DNA of 64,000 nt. Origin: Candidatus Zhuqueibacterota bacterium (GTDB taxonomy: Bacteria; Zhuqueibacterota; Zhuqueibacteria; Thermofontimicrobiales; Thermofontimicrobiaceae). The stretch is from contig JBMOPW010000035.1 in assembly GCA_049322915.1 (NCBI GenBank), positions 160,001-224,000 on the forward strand. Reading direction: 5' to 3'. The notes under the pieces were generated by a model. That model worked only from the letters and a program-made list of their open reading frames with translations, did not search any database and was not told the DNA's origin. Positions 57,917 to 64,000 of the stretch are shown one piece after another. Made by a program: the position numbers and the translations under genes. Each line of letters starts with the position of its first letter. The first letter of the stretch is position 1.

Positions 57917-58936
57917 TTAAAATTCCAGCGCAACGGTGAATTGCTGAATTTCGCTCAGCACGCCAAAGTCCTGGTACGCGTAATTCAATTTGATCCGGAG
58001 CCCGCTGATGAGCGAATAGTAAAATCCGGCGCCCATGGCGATCCCTTCCTCAGAATCTTCGGCGAATAGCGTCTTGTAGCCTGCGCTCAAAGAGAACATA
58101 TTCCTGAACAGATACATGCCGCCCAGGTTGATGAATTCGACATCGTCATTGGGATGGAGCGCGTCCACAGCGATGATCAAATTGCTGTCGCCCATGCCTT
58201 TGAGCACATCCATGGACATGCCAACACGGAAGAGCAATGGTAAATCGTACGCTTCCGTCTTCAGTTCGGCATTGATATTCTCATTGTTGCCGGCAATGAT
58301 GGGATTGGTATCCACCTGCAGAATCAGGTCGCGACCGCTCATCCGCATTTTCGTGCCAAAATTGGAAATGTTCATTCCAATCCTGAGTCCATTGAACTGC
58401 GTGATGAACTGGGTTCCCACATCAAAGGCAAGGCCGGAAGCGGATGAATTGTAAATGAATTCATGGATGTATTTCACATTGCCGCCGATATTGAATCGAT
58501 CGGTCAAACGCCGGGCATAGGTTAAATTGAACGCATACGCTCCGGCGGAAAATAACTCGCCGTTACCATCAGGATACTCCACGGTAGTGCGTTCCATATC
58601 ATCCATCGTGAGGAACGTTGCGCCGGCACCGATGGTTCCGAAAGAAAGCGGCACCACAATTCCAGCGAAATTGAAACTCATATCGGCAATCCAGCGATTG
58701 TGCGTGAACACAGCCTCGTTGTTATCCACATTGGCAATGCCAGAAGGATTCCAATACATGGCGGTCGCATCGTCCGCCGAAGAGACGTAGGCGCTGCCCA
58801 TGCCAATCGCCCGTGCGCCGACATCGATATTGAGAAAACCAGCCGCGGTCGTGCCGACTTTAGTCACCTGGCTGAATCCCTGAACAGGTATTCCGAAAAT
58901 CAATATCATTAAAGCCAGAAAAAATATCTTCTTCAT
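57917..58936 (-). CDS. PorV/PorQ-like (UPF0164) outer-membrane beta-barrel, copy 1
   Basis: KVGTTAAGFLNIDVGARAIGMGSAY..DDATAMYWNPSG, HNRWIAD, SNFG, terminal F; clear paralog of 46769-47800. Confidence 0.88.
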   Translation of the reverse strand: MKKIFFLALMILIFGIPVQGFSQVTKVGTTAAGFLNIDVGARAIGMGSAYVSSADDATAMYWNPSGIANVDNNEAVFTHNRWIADMSFNFAGIVVPLSFGTIGAGATFLTMDDMERTTVEYPDGNGELFSAGAYAFNLTYARRLTDRFNIGGNVKYIHEFIYNSSASGLAFDVGTQFITQFNGLRIGMNISNFGTKMRMSGRDLILQVDTNPIIAGNNENINAELKTEAYDLPLLFRVGMSMDVLKGMGDSNLIIAVDALHPNDDVEFINLGGMYLFRNMFSLSAGYKTLFAEDSEEGIAMGAGFYYSLISGLRIKLNYAYQDFGVLSEIQQFTVALEF

Positions 58937-58956
58937 TGCTCAGCTCCTGTTATGCG

Positions 58957-61900
58957 TTATTTAATAACACCGAATTTTCCAATTTTTTGACCGTGTTTTC
59001 CAGCGTCCACATGGTAGACATAAACGCCATAGGCGATATCCAACTCATCTTTTGTGAGCATGTCCCAGATTTCCGTGCCGTTCCAGATATTCATATGGTC
59101 GCCGGAGGTGATGGAATTGTGTTCAATGACGTCCACCAATTGCCCGCGGACATTGAAAATCTTTATCGTGCACTGTGGCGGCAGATGGATGAAATGCAAA
59201 TGCCTGGGGCCGTGACCGCTGGAATAAGGATTGAGCGGTTCCCAACTGTTGGTTACAATGTAAGGATTGGGCACAACTTTGATATCCTCCATTTGCGCAG
59301 CAACCAGATTGTCATCAATGGATTCTTTAAGCGATGTAAATTCCAGCACCATCGAAGATAGAAACGGTTTTTTGAGAATGATAGTCGCTGTATCGCCGGC
59401 GGCCGGAGCGTTCAACCGTTCATCGAAAACAGTCTTGAATTCCCAGGTGACAATCAGCGAATCGTTCTCATTTTTCTCCATGAGGATGATTAAATCCTGG
59501 TTGTTGTAATCAGATGAAAAAACGCCGTCATTCCCGTGCGTTTCCCAGAAAGCAAAGTCGATGTATTTTTCGCTGGAGAGATTGTAGATTTTAAAGTTGA
59601 CCGGCTTCGGCTGCAGTTGGACGGTTCTCACTTTGAGATAGGTCGAAGTGTCCGTCCCGACTTCATCGAAAATGACCCTGTAATCCGACGGAAGCATGGT
59701 TCCGGTGATGAATCCGTATTTGAACACTTTGAAGCCGATTGTGAACAGGCTGTCCCGGCTCCATGAGCTTTTCGTCCGATCGATTTCGATGAACCTGGCG
59801 TTGTTCACAAAAAGCTGAAATCCGTCGATGATGGGCTGCTCGTCGTAAATGCTCAGCCTGCGGCTGCGATCGATCAACGTATCGATTTGTCCTTCCTCTT
59901 CCATCGTCACGTCTGCCAGCGTCCAGCATTTCGTGGACAGCGTATCGCCTTCGGCAAGGCTGCCCACCTTGATGCTGTCTTCGAAGGTGACTCGGTAGCG
60001 GTGGTTCTCTTTTATCTGCGCCGGATCAATGATGTGGTATGTAAATTCGCCGGAGGGTTTCAATTGGCTCACCGCACTAATCGTATCCAGATCAGCCGCA
60101 ACAAAGCCAGCCGCCGGAGCCTCTGGCCGAACGATCTGCACGTTGCGGCTTCTGTCGATACCGCCTGAGGCGTCCACTGAAATTTGAATGCCGCATTCGG
60201 TCGGCGGGATTTGCTTGTCCGGCTTGGGATCGCCGTGATCGTACGCTGTGAGCGCGTAATAATAGGTGTAGCCATTTTTCACATTGGTATCAACGAAGCT
60301 GTGTTTCAAGCCGGTGTTCGAGCCCAGATAAAATTGAACTCCCTTCACCGGCACCACCTGATAATCTGTAGTTGAGTTATCCACGTTTGTATGCGTATAA
60401 ATGAAGCCATCGTATTCATTGTTCAAATCGTACTGGACGATGGGTTCCATGAACGTCTCGGAACCGAAGGCATCGGTGATTTCCACCATGTCCCGGAATT
60501 GCGTGTCCGTGGAGCGATAGAGCCGGTAGCCTTCGAAATCATAGCCGGTGATCGGATCAAACGATTCTTCAGCCAGATCATCCCAGTACAAAGTCACTCT
60601 ATTATTTCCCGGAACCGCCACCAGCGTTGGTGTGTACGGCGCCTGAGCGAAATTGTAGTTTTCATTATAGGCCTTGGAGACCCATTCCTTGTTGCGATAG
60701 AGGTCGCTATTAGCATCGTAGCGGGGGCCATCGCCGAAGATCATGGCGATGGAGAATCGCTCCGTCTGCCCCACTTTCATCGGGAAATAGCCGGAGCCAA
60801 ATTGGAAATCGGCGTCGGCATTTTCGATGGAGGCGTTGAGGTAGCCCGGCTTCATGTAGCGCCATATCTTGACATCATCGTGCAGCGGAACAGCGTCGAA
60901 CGGTTTGAAGAAATAGAAGCTGGTCAAACCGATCATGTCGGTTTCATCAATATCGGTCTTGTCCACCCGTGGTTCCCCGGGCAGATTGGTGCCAGCGCCG
61001 GATGTGGGCATTCCATCGCCCTCTCCTGTATCGCCTGTGCCGGCTTTACCATCCAGCCCAACGTCATCGGCGAGAATATCCCAGTCGTTGTCGTTATCGA
61101 TCTCATCATCGCGACGTTCGTCGATCAAAGGATTGCCCATACCGCCGCCGGCAATATAGTCCTTGTAAGGCAAATCGACGTACAGGTAAACGTGCGTCGT
61201 ATCAGGGGCAGTACCGATGGTGGCGCCGTTGCTTTCATCGATAATCCCGTTCAAATTGTTGTCGATATTATCGTGAGCAATCTCACGCACTGTCTGTCCC
61301 GGATTCACTGTCACAACTTTGCCGTTGTACGTATAGGTCACGCCCTGTTCCGGCATAGTGGTGACCGTTCGTTCGTAGCTGTCGTAATCAATTAAAACGA
61401 CCTGGTCGCCCACGCTGATGATTTTCGCATCGAACATATCTTCAGAAATTGTGGGACCGCCGAAAGCGCCTCCATCCCCGTCATTATCGATACCGTCATA
61501 GGGATTTCCCGGGCTTTCCAGAAATGCGTAGCCGAGAACACCCACCGGGCCCCATCCGCCCTGTCCGATAGCAGGCTCAAAGTCCCATGTGAACGCCAGA
61601 TCCTCAACCAGGTCGTAATCAGCGCAATCATCATTAAAATCCCCCTGGTTGGTTCTGGTATTGCCCATCATATTTCCGATCATCATGCCGAACACCATTT
61701 TATCGTAATTCGTGGTGCCGATATTGGTGATATCGTAGAGCCAGAACAGCGCATCTTCCACCAGTGCATTGGACCACTGGAACCCGCGCACCGTGGCTCT
61801 CAGGCCCAGGCCGCGGCGCAGCGTATCTGTGCTGTCCGGGTAGAATGGGTATTCCGCGTCCTGATAATCGTCCATCACGTAATAGCTCTCCTGATCGGCA

Positions 61901-62457
61901 TTAAATACATCCTTGCCAAAATAGCCATTCCAGGCGCCTGGCCAACCGGGATCGACCATGTCCTCCAATTTGTCCGGCCATGAAGCGGGCCAGGTCATGC
62001 GGTATTTCGTGCTGGCGTTGAGGTCGGTCATGGCGACATCCTCGCTATCCGGATTGGCATAACCGGGCAGAGGCATCCAGGTGTACCATTCGCCATTGGG
62101 GCCAATTTCACCGCGGCGCGCGGAACCACTGCCTTTTTGCGGGCCGTCCGGCGTAATCACAATGGGCAGGCCCTTGACGCCGATGGAATCGATGAATGTC
62201 CCCACGATGGTACAGGCGTCGCCGACGTAAATATGGCCGGTATTCTTCGGCCATTCTCCACCAAAGTCATTGGGGCTGTCTTCTTTTCTTCCAAAAAAGC
62301 CGGTGTTGTAAAACGTGGTCTTAATCTGGTTGCCGGAATGCAGTCCGCTGCGCACCTCCCGTACATCGCCATGCGTTGTAATCTGTCCCAGGGCGAACTC
62401 GAGGACGAACAAAGTGCAATATATAGTCGTCAATGTAATTGTTGACAATTTTCTCAT
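58957..62457 (-). CDS. Giant exported hypothetical protein (1166 aa), paralog of 47816-51385, copy 1
   Basis: Shared blocks EWPKNTG, DPGWPGAWNGYFGK, RRGLGL, FLESPG, DGIDNDGDG, PGEP.(I/V)DKTD, DFEGYR, YYYALTAYD, IKVVPNPY..GKFGVIK. Confidence 0.85.
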   Translation of the reverse strand: MRKLSTITLTTIYCTLFVLEFALGQITTHGDVREVRSGLHSGNQIKTTFYNTGFFGRKEDSPNDFGGEWPKNTGHIYVGDACTIVGTFIDSIGVKGLPIVITPDGPQKGSGSARRGEIGPNGEWYTWMPLPGYANPDSEDVAMTDLNASTKYRMTWPASWPDKLEDMVDPGWPGAWNGYFGKDVFNADQESYYVMDDYQDAEYPFYPDSTDTLRRGLGLRATVRGFQWSNALVEDALFWLYDITNIGTTNYDKMVFGMMIGNMMGNTRTNQGDFNDDCADYDLVEDLAFTWDFEPAIGQGGWGPVGVLGYAFLESPGNPYDGIDNDGDGGAFGGPTISEDMFDAKIISVGDQVVLIDYDSYERTVTTMPEQGVTYTYNGKVVTVNPGQTVREIAHDNIDNNLNGIIDESNGATIGTAPDTTHVYLYVDLPYKDYIAGGGMGNPLIDERRDDEIDNDNDWDILADDVGLDGKAGTGDTGEGDGMPTSGAGTNLPGEPRVDKTDIDETDMIGLTSFYFFKPFDAVPLHDDVKIWRYMKPGYLNASIENADADFQFGSGYFPMKVGQTERFSIAMIFGDGPRYDANSDLYRNKEWVSKAYNENYNFAQAPYTPTLVAVPGNNRVTLYWDDLAEESFDPITGYDFEGYRLYRSTDTQFRDMVEITDAFGSETFMEPIVQYDLNNEYDGFIYTHTNVDNSTTDYQVVPVKGVQFYLGSNTGLKHSFVDTNVKNGYTYYYALTAYDHGDPKPDKQIPPTECGIQISVDASGGIDRSRNVQIVRPEAPAAGFVAADLDTISAVSQLKPSGEFTYHIIDPAQIKENHRYRVTFEDSIKVGSLAEGDTLSTKCWTLADVTMEEEGQIDTLIDRSRRLSIYDEQPIIDGFQLFVNNARFIEIDRTKSSWSRDSLFTIGFKVFKYGFITGTMLPSDYRVIFDEVGTDTSTYLKVRTVQLQPKPVNFKIYNLSSEKYIDFAFWETHGNDGVFSSDYNNQDLIILMEKNENDSLIVTWEFKTVFDERLNAPAAGDTATIILKKPFLSSMVLEFTSLKESIDDNLVAAQMEDIKVVPNPYIVTNSWEPLNPYSSGHGPRHLHFIHLPPQCTIKIFNVRGQLVDVIEHNSITSGDHMNIWNGTEIWDMLTKDELDIAYGVYVYHVDAGKHGQKIGKFGVIK

Positions 62458-62511
62458 ACTTCTTCCTCAAATTTATTGATTCCAATTTCGGTTGACAATT
62501 GATCGTTACGG

Positions 62512-63999
62512 TTAGAAATTCACTGCGACGCCGAACTGAATCTGTCTCGGCTCGGTATACCATTCCGGGTGAGAGAAGTATTCTTCCAGCGTCCCCACTC
62601 GATTGGGATCCTCAAAAATGCCGACTGAATCCAGTGTGTATTCCGGCGATCCGGTATCGGTGTACACCCATGTCGCATTGCGCATATCGAATAAATTGTA
62701 GACATTGGCGAACACGGAAAAATTCAATCCTGAAATTTTCAGATTATAATTCACATACATATCGAATGAATACTGGTCCGGCAGGCGATCGCTGTTCTCG
62801 CGCAGTTCGTTGTAAGTCCCGCCGCCGGTGACGGTTCCTTTGGGGAATCGGGGCGTGTAGGGCAAACCGCTCCAATAACGTCCCAGGAAGGAAACGCGCC
62901 AGCCAGCCGTGCCAATGCTCACGGTGCCGTTCAAGGTGTGGCGACGATCCCAGCTCAGCGGAATGAGCTGTCGCCGCGGTTCCTGTTTTCCCTGTTCTGC
63001 ATTGTACGCATCAGTGGGATTGGAGTAGCTGCCTTCGGTGATCATGAAGGAATAATCCACCGAGGCTGAAAAATAATTGGAGTAGCGCTTGTTCAACGCC
63101 AGTGTGAATCCGCGCACATTGGAATAATCTTTATTTTCGAATTTCGAATATTTGACAGTGCCATAGGTTGAAATCAGCGGACTCGTTCCAACCCAGTCGC
63201 GGACGTCGCGGTAGAACATGGTGATGTCAATACCGACGTTCTCGGTCACCTGCTGCTGCAAGCCAATTTCGTACATCACCGTTTTCTGAGGTTTCAAATC
63301 CGAATTGCCAATCACGCTGGCGCCCTCAGCCTCGGTCACTTTGAAATCCGGGCTTGAGTACAGAAAATCGAACAGCGGTATCTGGAAAAAGTGACCATAG
63401 GAAAAATGAATCACACCGCGCTCGGTGATGGGATAGGCGATGCCCAGCCGCGGGCTGAATTTGGATTTTGCCGAAGCGTCTTTATACCAGAAACTGCGAC
63501 GTTCTTCCAGAGGAATGATATTCGACGGATTATCGAGCTGGTCTTCGGGCAAATCCGGATTCACATAATAATGCTCTTCAAGAAGCGGAACATAGACATT
63601 GGGATCCATCGGATCGGCAAGCACCTGGCCGTCCGGGTCGAAATAATCGAAGCGCAGGCCGATGTTCACGATCATATCTTTCAATTCAATTTTATCCTGC
63701 ACGTAAGCGGCAATTTCAACCGGCTTGTGATTGTAGAGATTGTGATAAGGCGTAGTAATCGATGGAACATAGGGTTCGAACGGGATGATCTCCGTATTGC
63801 CTTCCCGTTTCGGTTGAATATTGTACCATTCCAGATTCAAATCGTGCTGGCGGAACTCCACGCCGGTTTTTATCTGATGTTCCCGATTCACCTGACTCAC
63901 CAGATCGAATTTGCCAATCAGATACGACGTGCTTCTGAAAAAATGATCCATCTTTGTACCGGCGTGATTGAAGCTGTACGACACCGGGTTGCGCAACGA
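62512..63999 (-). CDS. TonB-dependent receptor, C-terminal barrel part (5'-truncated by window), copy 1
   Basis: Frame open to the window edge; QDKIEL, SPRLGIAYPITERGVIHFSYGHFFQ, DLKPQKTVMYEIGLQQQ (identical block in the other copy), PRQIQFGVAVNF. Confidence 0.9.
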   Translation of the reverse strand, partial: SLRNPVSYSFNHAGTKMDHFFRSTSYLIGKFDLVSQVNREHQIKTGVEFRQHDLNLEWYNIQPKREGNTEIIPFEPYVPSITTPYHNLYNHKPVEIAAYVQDKIELKDMIVNIGLRFDYFDPDGQVLADPMDPNVYVPLLEEHYYVNPDLPEDQLDNPSNIIPLEERRSFWYKDASAKSKFSPRLGIAYPITERGVIHFSYGHFFQIPLFDFLYSSPDFKVTEAEGASVIGNSDLKPQKTVMYEIGLQQQVTENVGIDITMFYRDVRDWVGTSPLISTYGTVKYSKFENKDYSNVRGFTLALNKRYSNYFSASVDYSFMITEGSYSNPTDAYNAEQGKQEPRRQLIPLSWDRRHTLNGTVSIGTAGWRVSFLGRYWSGLPYTPRFPKGTVTGGGTYNELRENSDRLPDQYSFDMYVNYNLKISGLNFSVFANVYNLFDMRNATWVYTDTGSPEYTLDSVGIFEDPNRVGTLEEYFSHPEWYTEPRQIQFGVAVNF

Positions 64000-64000
64000 A

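Overview
Bacterial chromosomal window, roughly 50% GC, coding-dense. Gene content (TIGR04183/FlgD-Ig-type C-terminal sorting domains, PorV-like barrels, a GWxTD-like protein, TonB receptors without SusD, strong Shine-Dalgarno use) suggests an FCB-superphylum lineage such as KSB1/Calditrichota/Ignavibacteriota; this is an inference. Left to right: a 5'-truncated trypsin-like protease/lytic transglycosylase fusion; alpha-2-macroglobulin and pbpC split by a DUF433/DUF5615 toxin-antitoxin cassette; STAS protein, VAT-1-like reductase, GWxTD-like protein, C69 peptidase, PPi-type PFK, tricorn-like protease, erythrin-VIT1, oxidoreductase, cupin and a kinase-like protein; a candidate structured RNA; a glycoside-hydrolase cluster (GH3, esterase, GH97, GH127, GH20, frameshifted GATase, Na+:solute symporter) interrupted by a HEPN/MNT pair; RNase HI and an FlgN-like orphan. 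The best candidate for an undescribed system is the ~20 kb minus-strand locus (43955-64000): two tandem copies of a TonB receptor + ~1170-aa acidic-repeat surface protein + cognate PorV-like barrel triad, with a GH13 amylase, a double-parvulin foldase and a CBM-repeat secreted protein. It looks like a SusD-independent alpha-glucan uptake machine. No rRNA, tRNA, CRISPR array or transposase was found. Family assignments come from motif recognition, not database searches.
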